A stretch of 64,000 nucleotides of DNA from the human T2T-CHM13v2.0 reference genome, Homo sapiens. Positions 1-17,002 of the stretch are shown here, piece after piece. The notes below the pieces were generated by a model. It had not been told where the DNA came from. It did no database searches and was given only the letters and a program-made list of their open reading frames with translations. A program made the translations under genes and the position numbers. Numbering within the stretch: position 1 is the stretch's first letter; each line of letters begins with the position of its first letter. The stretch lies in assembly GCF_009914755.1 (NCBI RefSeq), contig NC_060929.1. One strand, written 5' to 3'.

Positions 1-639
1 ATAGATTTTGGCAATAAGAAAGAAATATGGCAGTTGAGATTAGAAAGGGAGAAAAGTTTAAATAAAGAAGAGAGATGAAATCAATATCCTTGTAATTCAG
101 TTTTGGGAGAGAAGAAAGTTGAACTGACAAAGAAGAAAGTCTTAAGGCTACATTGCTAGAATACAGAGAACTGAGATGTTACCAGAGAAGTCAGCATTTT
201 CTGATAAGTTTTGAACTTCAGTATGGAGTTATCTTGGGCAATGCTATAGCCAAAAACTTCTAGATATTGGGAAGGGAGACTGGAGAAGCAATGAACACCC
301 TGTCCCTCTTAATTGCAAGGAATTAAATATGTCAGCGATACTTACCTAAATATTTTGCTTTCTAAGACATCCAACTATTCTATGTCCAAAATAGTTATGT
401 AGAAATCAACAATAGATTAAATATACACACAAAATTTTATATTATATATTAAATATAATATACATATTTCTCAATTTTGACCTGGTTCAGAATTTTTCAT
501 CACCTTCCTGAGATGGGAAAAGCTTCTCAAGAAGGTTGATCAACATCTGATTCAGGTGAGCTAGGCAGTGAGTCTCATCCTGTGAAACGTCCTCCAGTAG
601 ACACTCGTCCACCCATGGCAGCCATGGGGCAGAGTAGGG

Positions 640-920
640 GGCAGTGGTGATATGAGAGCAGCATTTCTCATCACCAGTAGCATCAACCTCTCTGGCAGGT
701 TGTTAGAAATGCAGAATCTTGAGGCACACTCTAAAACCTCTAAAAAAGATCCCCAGGTAACTTGCGTGCCTGTTCTTAAGGTTTGAGAGTTGCTGGTCGA
801 CAGCAGCAGTGTCCAACTGGGGCTACATAATAGAGTTACCTGGGAAATTTTTTTTTTAAATCCCAATAATTAGGCCACATTCTTATATATTCTGTTTTTG
901 TCAGAATCAACTGTATATGT
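640..920. mobile_element. MER5A/MER5B (hAT-Charlie) relics
   Basis: Typical motifs ttgttagaaatgcagaatctt and ccccaggt..aaggtttgaga. Confidence 0.65.
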
Positions 921-1380
921 CTCAAACTGTGGTTCCTGGTTTCTTTTCTACAACTGAAAGAAATCTACCAAAGTTTTGACCTACTAAACCCACTAAGGTT
1001 TGACTTGTGAAATCAGCACTCCAGGAATGAGACCCAGGAATCTGCTTCTTTATTTAAGTCACATAGCAGTTGATTCCTATATGTACCAAAATATAAGGTG
1101 TGGCTTGGAGGATGAAAAATAATGGATTCCACTGTAAAAAAAAAAAAAAAAGAGTTTCTCTATGTTTATTATTTGAATCAATATGCAAAGTATGCAATGG
1201 AATACTTTTGCATATATACACTGGTAGTTGATAACTTTGTCAAAATTTATAATTAGAGGTTTTAAATACCATAGAAAAATATGGATGAATTAGTGAGTGT
1301 GAGGAAATAAAAATACTGAGTCTCTCCAGAGACAGACATTTAGATAGTTATCTTCAAGACATTTAAAAATATTCTACCAC

Positions 1381-1742
<362 letters not shown>

Positions 1743-1795
1743 TCATTATGCTGATAATAAAAAAATCATGCAAGATGAATGTTTCTCTTCTAAAG

Positions 1796-2002
1796 AAGCA
1801 GTCAGCAAACTTTTTCTGTGAAAGACAAAATGGCCAATATTTTTAGCTTTTCAGGCTCTACAATCTTTTTCTGCTCTACTATTCAACTCTGGCTTTGTGG
1901 CTTGCAATCAGCCATTGACAAGATGGAAATGAATAGCTGTGGCTGTATTCCAACCAAACTCTATTTACAAAAACAAATCATGGGCTATTTTTCTGGCCCC
2001 TG
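1796..2002. mobile_element. MER58A-like hAT element
   Basis: cagcaaactttttctgt..aatatttttagcttt..ggctgtattccaa..aaactctatttacaaaaaca. Confidence 0.75.
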
Positions 2003-2399
2003 TAATACCAAGTTAGATTGTTGACTACCAGTGGTCAAATGGAACTTCTTTTTCAAGACTTGTTCAATTCCTTTCAATGTACGTAAGAAAGAGTCAAAGA
2101 ATTCAGTTGCTAATTTAGTCCTCATGACAAATAGGATGGTTTCTCTAAAATGGCTCCTAAGTTACATTCTTTTAAGAAACATCCACTTCATCTGTGTAAA
2201 TCCAACAGGACCCCCAAAAAAGAGTATGCCCCAAAATTCAAAATGTACTTATATAAACACAGTGTTATGAAATTGTTCCTGGAAGTTTTGCAAGATCCAC
2301 GTGTTCATTGTTGCTTAGGAGAGAAAAGATCTCTAATTTTTGCTACTTTACAGGTAAGGTGACAGCTAATAATAAGGTTCTCTATTTATAATAACAACT

Positions 2400-2630
2400 A
2401 TCATTTTCTGAGGACCTGAGCAATTGTGGATATATCAATTCCCTCCTTTATTTCTCAGAACACTACAATAGGATAGGTACTGTGATTGGCTCAATTTTAA
2501 ATAACATAAAAACAAAGTTTAGACACCTTAACTGACTTGTCCAAGGCCACAGAGCTAGAAAATGCCCTCAGCTGGATTTGAACCAGGTAGTTGAACCTAG
2601 AACACGTACAGCCACTAAACATTACTGCCC
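2400..2630 (-). mobile_element. MIR SINE
   Basis: Core motif gacttgtccaaggccacagagctag..ggatttgaacc. Confidence 0.65.
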
Positions 2631-4959
2631 TATCCATTGTCTACCAGAACTATGAACATGTAAGATACTGAGTTAGTTGTAATATTTTCATTTGTAAGGG
2701 AAATAGATGTGCTCAATTTGAATGGATTAACAGGACTAAAACTACAGAGAAAAATGTGAATGTGAAAAATGGGGAAGTCTCACCACTGCATGGTATGCCT
2801 GGAATACGATACGGGATATCAACCCAGGATAACACAGTACTTCCTCTGAGAAGCACTCTTTTCTTCTTGCGCTTAGCTATTAGGGTAAGTTAGAAAATGT
2901 GTCTGTTCTTACTGACCTAATGCAATTAACCTCTTTTCTTTCTTTTCTACTGGCCTCATTACTGCAGCTTATTCATGATTTCCACAGACTGTCCTTTCTA
3001 TGTTTCTCAACTTCTTTTCCTGGCCACTAACTGCTGAGGCTCCACATGGTATTTCAAATTTAAGATAACCAAGTCAAATATTTGTTATTTCACACAGAAC
3101 ATTTTTATTGGCATGGTTCTCCTGGAAGGCCACATGGTGGCCATTGGCCAGTCTAGAGAGGGCTCTCTTAGACCTTGGCACATTCATTTCTCATCAAATC
3201 TACTGCGGCCAGTAGAGCCTAGACACATGGTCATATTTTCTTGGTGGAAACACCTATGCATTGTGAACTGTTACCATTACAAGCTCTTCTACAATATTGT
3301 TCTTTATAGATAATATTCATTCTTTTGGAATAGTAATACAGGAGGTAATGTGTACATATACTTTGTTTTTTCTGTTATTCTTATACACAATTAGGATAAG
3401 CCAACCATTTTCCAACAACCTAGAGAATTGAAAGTACGCTGGTTGGTTGTTGGAGATTATACACATATATGCCTTGAACATATTTCTAGTCATTGTGGAA
3501 CCTGTTATTTACAGTATCTGGTACAACGTCATCTCTTTCCAGATTTGGGAACATGTTGGAACACAATAAATTATCATATTTTATAACCATACAACCTAAC
3601 TTCTAGTTACCATCTTAGCACATCATTGGATATGACAGCTAATCATATTAAATTTTCCAGGTCACCTCTAATCTTATAACATCCCTCCCTTCTTGTCACA
3701 GGATTAGATCAAATATTAATTGAAAAATATTACCACAATATCAACATGATTAGCTACACCAAACCTCTGTGGACATATGGGAAAGTTTATGTAAAGTCAG
3801 CATAGCAAATAGGCTGCTGAATATGTAAGTCTGTTTTTTCTGAAGTCCACTTCCAACATTCAATTCCAACAGTTAGTTTCTCTACCTTTTCTAATATTGT
3901 GAATATCTTTCACTATTAACCTGAGTTCCCTTAACTTCCTTTTAATCGCATTTCAATACAATTAACACTGAATTTATATCTCTACATTTTATTTTATTTT
4001 ATCCTGAGAGTGTGTCAACCTCTCTTGGAAAGATGTATATGTTACAAATACTAAATTTCAGTAGAGACTTTGCTTACAGTAGAGTGCTTTTTCTGTCAGT
4101 AGTAATCAGAATTAGCTGGAAGCAAAGACTTGCACACTAACCTCTTTCAGAAACTAAAAGAACAAAGTACATGCTGGTTTCCAATACTGGTGGTGATGGA
4201 ATTTACAAAATCATTTATTTTGTGTAAACAAGAGTTAACCTGTTCTAAAGGTAATATGATTACTCTGTACTATCTTAAAAATAGTCTTACAATATTCATG
4301 AGTATCATGTCAAGTGCTGGAAACAGTCACCATATATGAGGTAACAAAAAGGTATGGTATAGAGTGTATGAGTTTTAAACACAGCCAGATCTGAATTTTA
4401 GTTATAGGTTCATTACTGTGTGCCCTTGGCCCAGTTACATATGCTCTCTCAGATTCCAGCTTTCCTTCTGGAAAATGAGGGCAAATAACATCCATGTTAA
4501 CATTTCAACTTTCATATGTTTTTATATTTATCATTTATTCATATATAAAAAGTTTATAACTCAGCTATCTGAGTTGAGGAAGCATGTGAGCTAGATTAGA
4601 TACTGCCTATCTCTAGTGTCTTTTATTGAACATATTACTTATTGAGGAGCAAGTTATAGAAGAACTTGAAGCAAGTTTTGTAAAGTTTTAAAAGATTATT
4701 TTATTTAAATTTTGAGACTTCCTACTCTAAGTGAGGTTATCCTATGAGATGTTTTCCCATCTTACAGAAGAAATAAACTACCCTCAATCAAATGAAAAAT
4801 GGAATTCAATATAGATTAAGGAGACAGATGCTAAGTAAAATAAACTGTTACTAATTCTCAGTTGAACCCAAGATTTTCTTCATCCTCTTATCAGTATATT
4901 GCAAATTCAGACAACTATGACAATGGTAAGACTCCTTTAAGCAATTGCATTTTTAATTT

Positions 4960-5045
4960 TTTAAATTAAATTTGTATTTTAAGTTCAGGGGTACATATGG
5001 TGGTTTGTTATATAAGTAAACATGTGTATTGGGGATTTGTTGTTT
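4960..5045 (-). mobile_element. Short L1PA 3'-end fragment
   Basis: ttttaagttcaggggtacat..ggtttgttatataagtaaacatgtgt. Confidence 0.65.
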
Positions 5046-6968
5046 TTTGAATGAGAACTACAATTCCCTCAATTTTTAAACATAGATATTTCATTAGACA
5101 GTAAACACAACCTTCAATGGACGTACTCTGGTCAGACACTTCAGTGGTCAATACATCCAACAAAAAAGTTCATTGGGTCTGATGCCACCATCAATTCTGA
5201 AGTTGGCACAAGGATAGAGATGTTTTCAGCGACATGCAAGTTCGCTAGTAGCAAGTGTGTGTCCCTGTTTGGTTAATGTTGCCTCTTTCTGTTTATCAAG
5301 TTTGCTTAAAAAAAAAAAAAAAGAAGAAGCCAAAGACCCAGGGACAATCACTGTAGTCAACACATTCTTCTCTCAATTATCTTTAATTCTATTGAGAAAT
5401 CATCTCCCCAGGGAAAAGAGATAGACGTCTCAGAACAAGAGAAGTAGATAAAAGTCTTCAGGCTTTAGCTACAAACATACTGGTAGCCAAGTACACATCA
5501 GCCTTTGGGAACCTTGAAAATAGTTTACTCCTCTGGAAGAAGCAGTAACATCGACATCAGCCTGAAAAGCTCTCCAGAGAATTTCAGAATGATAGCCAAT
5601 TATTAGAAAGTGTTCTGACATCTTTATAAAATGTCCCATCTCAAGAGATCCATAGAAGAAAAGGGAAGTCAGCACTTCAGGAAATACGAGTGCTCACTCT
5701 GAAAAGCACACTTGAGATACCATTATAAATCTTTATACAAAAGCAGCTAGATATTTACATTTTGCTTTAACAATAGAAATTAATTGTTAAAAATCAACCT
5801 GTTTCAGTATTATATGTGATATTTTAAATAATGTTTATTTCATTATTTGAAAACTTTTATGTCATACAGTATCAAGGTAAGTGATTGCTATTCTTCAGTA
5901 TTTAGAGTGCAGACTAATAGATCACATAATTATAGTGATATAATTATTTAATTACTCTTAATTACATAAAAATTTATCATAATATGGAGTAAAACCATCA
6001 GGCATGTATGCGCTTAGTAAGGTAGAAAAGAAAAAGTTCAGGTAATTAAACTTTGGAAAAAAGTTGCTTACAATACCTTTCTAGATATTTTTAACAAGCT
6101 TACAAGAAAATGGGTAAAAAAGAATTAATATGGAATGGTTTAATCTGAATTACCTGGATAATTGCCCTAAATGATATAGGAAATGTAAGCTTCACTTCGA
6201 TTCATTATATCTTAATAATAAAAATGAAATAAAACATAAAAAAGATTTTTTTACAAACACATAATCTCTTATTGAAGAATTCTTTCAAAAACAAGCATTT
6301 TAGAAAGCACTTAATTTTCCTTTGCTTTCTTTTTTTATTCATGTCATAAAAGAAATCCACTTCTGTTGAATAAGGACTATAAATTATATGAATGGTATAA
6401 TAAGTCTTCTAGTTTCATTTTTCTTAATACTTGCATCAGAAACTATAACATTTAAGTTTTAAGTTCCAAATGGATACTATTAAAATATTCAGGGATTTAG
6501 TCCTAAATCCTTAAACCAAAAGGGAGCTCAGGAATATTGCTAAAGTAGAAAGCTGCACAAAATCTCAACTCGCATTTGCAAATTTTCTTTCCATCTGATT
6601 TAACTTTGAAGCTTTCAGACTCAGATTTTACTATATGACATCAACAAATCACTTCAATCAAAATCAATTTACCTTGGCAATGCACAACCCTCCAGATAGA
6701 TTATTAAAAAGGTAAAATGAGAAATTAACTATCTTTTCATGTTCCCTTTTATTTTCTCTGGATACAAGGCAGAATGAATGTATTTCAAAAGAAATTGCCC
6801 TGAGATATCATTATCTCCAACGCCGTTTTTACTCCAGGAAACTTGCTTATAAATTAAGCTTTTCCTGACACAGTCACTTGCTGCAGTGCAGAATGTCAGT
6901 TTAGTCAGTTAGAACTTTCAATGCAGAAATTCAGTGCCATGCAGTCACCCGGATAAAGCAGCACTTAC

Positions 6969-7113
6969 CTTAATTGAAATTTTCTCTGTGAACGAGGTGA
7001 GAAATCCGTCAAATCAACCGTGATGGGGTGGGGAGATCGAAGTTTTCAATCAACACCCTCTAAGTAGCTGCATCCTGTGCTCCTTTTCCCTGTTATGTTG
7101 AGCTCCTCACTGT
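6969..7113 (-). ncRNA. LINC02197: 145-nt non-coding exon, probable paralogue of a CDH12 5'-UTR exon used by a lncRNA
   Basis: Minus-strand acceptor tgtttttctctccttag ending at 7114 and consensus donor AG|gtaagtg at 6968 are seen directly. Identity is inferred from recalled 5q13/5p14 duplication context upstream of BDP1, not from an alignment. Confidence 0.55.
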
Positions 7114-7139
7114 CTAAGGAGAGAAAAACATCAGCTGAA

Positions 7140-7460
7140 ATCCTCCGAGGTTCCCAGTGAGTAAATGAGGACTAAGCGATGTTTCTGAACGGGAGATTCT
7201 CCGTGAGCGTGCTCCGTTTGGAGGCTCCCTAACACTCTTGGCAGGTCCCTGGAGCCAGGCGCTAATCATTGACCTGATTAGCAAGAACGCTCCGGGTGCG
7301 CAGGCAACACACGCCGAGGGTTGGTGGGTCTCCCGGGAACTGGAAAAGGCACCAAGGCCACTTGGGAATCTTGTCTTTTCCAGCCTAATGGATGAACTAC
7401 AACTATGATTATAATTTGCAAGGAGATTAGCTGCCGTGCTAGCCATCGCAGGACTTAAAC
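7140..7460 (-). promoter_or_regulatory. CpG-enriched promoter-like patch 5' of the minus-strand exon
   Basis: Local CpG cluster in AT-rich DNA with no recognisable repeat; inverted repeat GCTAATCA-N6-TGATTAGC at 7261-7282. Confidence 0.5.
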
Positions 7461-8379
7461 AAATGTGCTTTCTCCTGCTGTTTTTCAAGGTGCCTTCGTG
7501 TAAGATATTAGGTACAGTGAAACAATTAATAGACTGATAGAGCTGACTTGTAAGACAAGCTTAAAGCTGAAAAATGTTTAAAGCGATGTGATCAAAGAGA
7601 TAGCTGCACTTGTCCCTGACGCTCGCCTGCTACATACTTCAACCTTTGTCGAAGTAAAATGAATTTAAAGGTTTATTACAGCCCTCCAGAGTGCAACTCT
7701 CTGAATTTATAAAAAGGAAGTATTCATACTAAATAAGCATATTTGGCAGATTGCTACAGACACAAGCACTCAAACCACGGCATGAACACAGCCTTGCTTG
7801 TGTAGTTTTCCAAACGGCATTTTCAATTAGCATTAAACTTGCAAAAAATGTTTGCATTGTACCATTAACCAGAGTAACGTAGGAGAATACAGCACTACAC
7901 CTAACCGAATCATCTCTTTGATTATCTGTTGAAACACTGATTTACTAAAACAAAAACAAACAAGCATATGAGAGGATCGAAAATATCTAACAACTTTTTA
8001 AACGTAGTTATGTGCCGTTACCAACCTGCTGGTCCCCATCCGTCATCCGCTCTTTCTGCCACTGATCACCTTCTCAGCACTTCCTCATCAAGTTCCTAGT
8101 TCCCTGAAGAGATCTAACTCTCTGGAAAAGGTCACATAACTGAATGCCAAAGCCCCAAATGGTTAATTTTTGACAGCTCTCACTTTTGCAGGAGAAAATT
8201 ATGCAAATAACATAAAAAGAACAGATGAAAAAAGTAATTTGCATGTCTTGAGGGTGAGAAAATTCTCATTGCCAGAGAGAAAGCTGACGACTGTCCTCTC
8301 ACAATGATCCTGAGTGATATGTTCAGCACTTTTGTTTTTTTCCAGTGGGCCTCACTTGGGACATATGGCATTTCCTTGA

Positions 8380-8452
8380 TGTGTGTGTGCGTGTGTGGGT
8401 GGGTGCGTGTGCTTGCGTGTGTGTGTGAGAAAGAGAGAGAGGAAGAGCGAGA
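8380..8452. repeat. Imperfect (TG)n/(GA)n microsatellite
   Basis: tgtgtgtgcgtgtgtgggtgggtgcgtgt...gagaaagagagaga. Confidence 0.85.
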
Positions 8453-11400
8453 AGCTATATTTACATTGTGATATTTATATATATCTTAGAAAACCCTCAA
8501 ATTTCAGTAGGCGAATGCACTAAGTATAAATAATAGAGAATCCGTTTGCCTTATACATTCCCAAATATATTTTTAAAGTATCTCATTAAAATACAAGCTC
8601 TTGGTGAAACTTTCTGGACAAAGTAAAACTTCAGGGTAACTGAATTGCTGTTACTAAGGCAGGTACTCATCCTACTCTGAAAACGGAGACGGCCCTGCAG
8701 GAGACCCAGGAGGTGGGGCTGTAGCCTCCCATGCAGAGGTCTCTTGCTCCCTCAGCTGGTGGAGGGTGACAGCCGAATGTGAAGAAACCCAGTCAACCAC
8801 TTCAGGAGAGGGAGAACAATTTTTGCTGCTGTAAAGCAGGAAACCCATTGTCCAATTTTAGATTGGCATGAGAGTGTTATAGTAGAAAAGAGGCTGCTTA
8901 CATCGAAGTAAATGCACCTTGAGCATAAATTGTAAAAATAAGAAAATGTAACTGCTAATTTCTCCTGAGAGGGTTCCAACTAGTCTTTAACACAATACTT
9001 GTAAATAACAGTGGGATAGATTCCAGGGCTCTAATGTGTAGTTGGTCATGCAATTAAAGCACTCCGTTTCTCATATTGGTCTAAGTCCCATTCTGAGGAT
9101 CTTAAATTGTGAACTATTTTTAAAACTTATTAAAACATTAAGACACGGCTTATTTTCCTGAACCCTGCCAGCCAACCTGCAATCATCATCACCAACTAAA
9201 ACAGGTGCACACGAAACTCTGTGCCATAGTAGATGGGTTCTATCTGGAAACTCCAACTCCATGAGACTGCCCTGATGACATTTCCAAATAATCAGCCTTT
9301 CTGTTCTCATAAAATCCAGAGGTCTTTCAAAACCCTGAATGGTTTCTACAGAGAGTATGATGACTCTTCAGTAGTTTTTTTAACCTATGTTGGAACACTA
9401 ATTGATTTTATGTGAAACTACACACATGAAGAACAAAGCAAAATAAGACCATTTTGTTGGAGGAGTGAGGGGAGACCGTAGTCACATGAAAATAACAGGT
9501 ACTGTCTATTACATGCTTGCTATGTAGTAAGTGACTGGCATGCACTTCAGCTATAGCTATCCATGAACCCCTTAGTCCAATTCTATTAAGCAGACATTAT
9601 AATATTTTATTTTTTTAATTAATTAAGTTAGGGCTCTGAGAAGTTAAGCAAATTTGCCAATGTTGCATAGTCAGTACAGAAGAAACCCACCACTAAAAGT
9701 CAGGTTACTGTAACTATAAAATTAACAAATATTTGGAAGTTCCCAAATGTTAAAACTGATCAAAATCCCTACTTCCAACAGAATGGGAACATTTTCTAGA
9801 TTTTATGATTAACAAAAATCATTTTCACATCTTTAAAAACCATTTTATAACTGATAAACTATTGTAACAGTTCTGCTATTAAAAGTTATGTATGATTTAG
9901 CAGAAAAAAATTCACAAAAAAAACTTTAGGCTAAAAAATAGATTCCATCCAGAGCTTCCAAATATATAATTCCATTAGCACAAATTACTCAATTTCAAAT
10001 TTTTAAAAATCCCTTCTGCAATTCATTTGCTCTCCCACTCAAATATAATAATTATTGCTTTTTTAAAACAAGAAAATAGCTCCACTCTAAGTAAATGAAT
10101 ATCTCAAGAACAGTCATAAAAATATATTAGGCCAAAATTATGATGATTTTTACTATCCTAGTTCTCCAAGTGGCATAATGTAACAGCAAAGCTCAAATGT
10201 ACTAGGGAGCTAAAGTTTATCTCTGATTTGTTCATGCTTTATCTACAGGTTTCTTAAAAGTCACATGAATCCTATCATTTCATATGGCTCTTTGAAATTC
10301 TCAGACACATCCATAACTTTACACAGAAGCATTGTGACCACACTCTTTCAAGATGTTTAATAAAATAAATGATGATAATGCAAACTAATGCAACATTTAA
10401 ACTTTGCCAAGAACTTATTCTCTCATTTGATTCTTACGGGAATCCTGTGAAATAGGTTACCATAAGTATTTTTCTCATATGTTAGTGATGAGGAATAAAA
10501 AGAGCAAGTGATTGTCCTTTGGTGTTCGATAGTGGAAAACCTAATGTCTTCCTTTTTACATAAGTCCTATTGCTCCCCACTATGTCAAATAAATATGTTT
10601 ATCTGAGTCATCTTTTTGTCAAAAAGGATCTTAAGTGGCTATATAAACAGAAGCCAGTCTTTCTTCATTTACTTAGGTTTGTTCCAAACAGTGTAAATTG
10701 TGATTATGATTTATTGAAGAAAAAATTACTCTGAGCTGACAGGGAACTTGTGATTTATGTATACTGGAATAACAACCCTTAGATTTCCTACAGACTTTTC
10801 CTGATCTTGGCTATTATTATTTAAATTGGGGATATATGAAGATATTTCCCAAATATTAGTCTTATGATTGTTACACAAATAGAATCTTGCTTCTGTATAC
10901 CAATGTAGATTCAGCTATTACCTCCCTACCACTGTTTGTGGTGGTTTATCTGAACAGACCTTGAAAAATTACCTTTAATTATTTTAAATGGATCTATAAA
11001 TACATATACATAAACAAGCCACCTAACTAATAACAAATTGATCTTGCAGCAGCAGCATCAAGCTAATACTATCACACAGAGGTTTGCTGAATGCTAACAG
11101 ATTCTCATGTATTATACATATTTCTGCTTATGTCTAAATCATGGAGGCTGAATGACTAAACTCACCAGCCTTCAAGAGAAATTTTTATTTTTGATTCCGG
11201 TTTCACGCACATATACTCATGAGTTTAAGATAAGATGAAATTTTAGATAAAAAAGAAAGCTAAACTGGATATCAGAAAACTTAGACTATAGTCAAAATTC
11301 TAGCAGTGAGTAGTTTTCTAACCCGAAGCCATTTAAAAAGCTTCTATTTAATAATTTCATTGGAAAATTTGAGGAAATTAAACTATATTATCTCTAGGAT

Positions 11401-11709
11401 TTCAGTCAGTTATGAAAATACATCTATTTGACTAATAATTTGTGATGTTCTTTCTACCTAATTCAGAAATAATCAAGCAATTAAGAAGGAATTATTGTCT
11501 GCAAATACATGTTTTCTCCCTTCTCACACCCTTCGGTGCCCCAAACAACTTACTTTATACTATAAATAACATTATAGCAAGGATGTGTTGATTTCATAGT
11601 TCGAGTAATTAAAAAATCAGCCAGAAATTATTGATTTGAAATTGTAAATGGAGTAGATAAAAAAACTGCTAAGGTCAAGAATATTCTTTAAATGTTTTAA
11701 AATAATTAT

Positions 11710-12005
11710 AACACGTTTCTTATAACGAGAACCGAAGCCCGTGGAGACTTGGCGGCGCCGGGAGCCCTGCTGCTACACACGCCTGGGAGAGCCCAGCGAG
11801 AGCCCAGAAAGCGGGTTCTGTTCTGCCGGAGGGATAGGCGTGTGTGGATTTTCCCCACTGTGCGCCAGGCACAGGGGCTCCACCAGCTCCCCACTTTTTT
11901 TTTAATAGGAAATCACAATAAACACTACAATATCTTACTTTTTGGCAAAGCACATTAGCTTTCATTCATCCCCTTGCGGAGGCGGAGAGGGGCGGATGGA
12001 GACTG
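11710..12005. promoter_or_regulatory. Small orphan GC/CpG-rich segment at a compositional junction
   Basis: Abrupt switch from AT-rich DNA to CpG-rich sequence (ggcggcgccgggagcc, gcggaggcggagaggggcgg). Confidence 0.4.
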
Positions 12006-12425
12006 AACAGATTGAGGGTAACTGCAAAAGGCACTGTCCTTCACATATTTTCCTTCCTTATTCTAAACACAACTCTGCAAGTTAGGCTTCATTGTTTTCA
12101 TTTTGCATAAGAGACAGACTTAACTGCGTAGGAATTGATATGAGAATAAAATTTAAGACGGACTCTAAAGCATATTTATTTTCCAGTTTATTCCAGTGCC
12201 CTTGTCACGATCCACAGTGCTTCAGGAGTTTTAGGCTACTGACTGTGCTTAGGTTGTTTGGTGGGGAGAGAATGGCAGGGAGTGCAGTCTTAACCACAAT
12301 TCAGAATAGCCCAGAATAACCTCGGAACCTAGTAAAAGCTGTGGACCATCTGCCATTGGTAGAAACACGTGTAGAGATGCTTCTGTGGCTCATGTAGCGT
12401 ATAATTACTTCATCTCTTTCATTGT

Positions 12426-12428
<3 letters not shown>

Positions 12429-12473
<45 letters not shown>
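12429..12473. repeat. (AC)n microsatellite, about 22 units
   Basis: Perfect AC dinucleotide run. Confidence 0.97.
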
Positions 12474-12477
<4 letters not shown>

Positions 12478-12493
12478 AATAAAAACAAAAAGA

Positions 12494-12830
12494 GGCCGGG
12501 CGCGGTGGCTCACGCCTGTAATCCCAGCACTTTGGGAGACCGAGGCGGGTGGATCACGAGGTCAGGAGATCGAGACCATCCTTGCTAACACGGTGAAACC
12601 CTGCCTCTGCTAAAAAAAAAAAAAATACAAAAATACAAAAAATTAGCTGGGCGTGGTGGCCGGCGCCTGTAGTCCCAGCTGCTGGGGAGGATGAGTGAGG
12701 CAGGAGAATGGTGTGAACCCGGGAGGCGGAGCTTGCAGTGAACCGAGATCGCGCCACTGCACTCCAGCCTGGGCGACAGAGTGAGACTCTATCTCAAAAA
12801 AAATAAATAAATAAAAATAAAAACAAAACG
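12494..12830 (+). mobile_element. AluY
   Basis: Full dimer; TSD aataaaaacaaaa on both flanks. Confidence 0.93.
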
Positions 12831-13375
12831 ATAACATTGTTACAAACTGAGATGATTTGGATACCCCACATTGCCCTATATTTTAAAAACTTTTATTTTG
12901 GAAGATCTGAAATTTATACAGTACAAAAGCATTAGTAACAAGGATAACGAATCCTCAAGGAGATGCGACCAAACTTCAATTATTACCTCATAAAATCGTC
13001 TATTTTAGAGAAGGTGGAGAAAGTGAAGACTGAGGAGCTCTGGAGATGAACTGTCTGGGTTGAAAGTCCATCTCTACTAATTAGTAGCTGTGTCAACTTG
13101 GACAGTATTTCATTATGTTAAAGCGTTCTTACCTGTAAAATGGGGAGGTATGTACCTTCTTCATTAACTGAATTAACGTATGTGAAGTACTAGGTCCCCA
13201 GCATATGGTAGAACTCAATATGTTAGCTCTTACTGTCATTATTCTTTCAAATTCAGAGAGCCTCGCACACATCACTATCCTATCCCCACACCCCACCTCT
13301 CTTCCTTAATACTGCTAGCCTCTGCTTCCACTTAGTGAAGTAACTTGAAGGGAAAAGATTGACTTTCTGGCACCG

Positions 13376-16538
<3,163 letters not shown>

Positions 16539-17002
16539 TACACAAAGGCGTACGGTAAATGGTCTTCCTACCACGACGTGTTTTCCAGAAACACATTCCT
16601 CTCCTGGGAGGTAACTATTATCAGTTTCTTCACACCAGCATTTTTAATCTATGTCTACTCAATTTAGAATTTCTAAACCCTTCAGGATCTTCAAAAGACA
16701 AAATCGGCCAGCGATTTTAATAGTTCCAGTAAAGGTTTGAGCAGAGAAGTGGACTTTCTTCTGTTCCTCTTTTCAACTACTCCTAAGGACTCCTGGAGAA
16801 GAAAGAGCAAATATCTCTGCATCTCAATTTCTGGTCCGCAGGTAACCCAGTCTCAGTAGCTTGGTAGTTACCATGGCTCCCAGTGCTGTGCGTCTGACGT
16901 CATTCTGCGGCGCTGGCTGATGGCGCAATCAGTTGCGGCGTCCTGTGAGCGCGGGGATGCTGGGAGGAGGGTGAAATTTAGCCATCGGTGTGTGGCAGGG
17001 TC

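Noticed and set aside
337-348. Perfect minus-strand donor (AG|gtaagt)
   Set aside because: No convincing partner acceptor found; isolated donors are common by chance.
7114-7488. 124-aa minus-strand ORF
   Set aside because: Non-ATG start, no recognisable domain, and its stop coincides with the splice-acceptor TAG; better explained as promoter or intron sequence.
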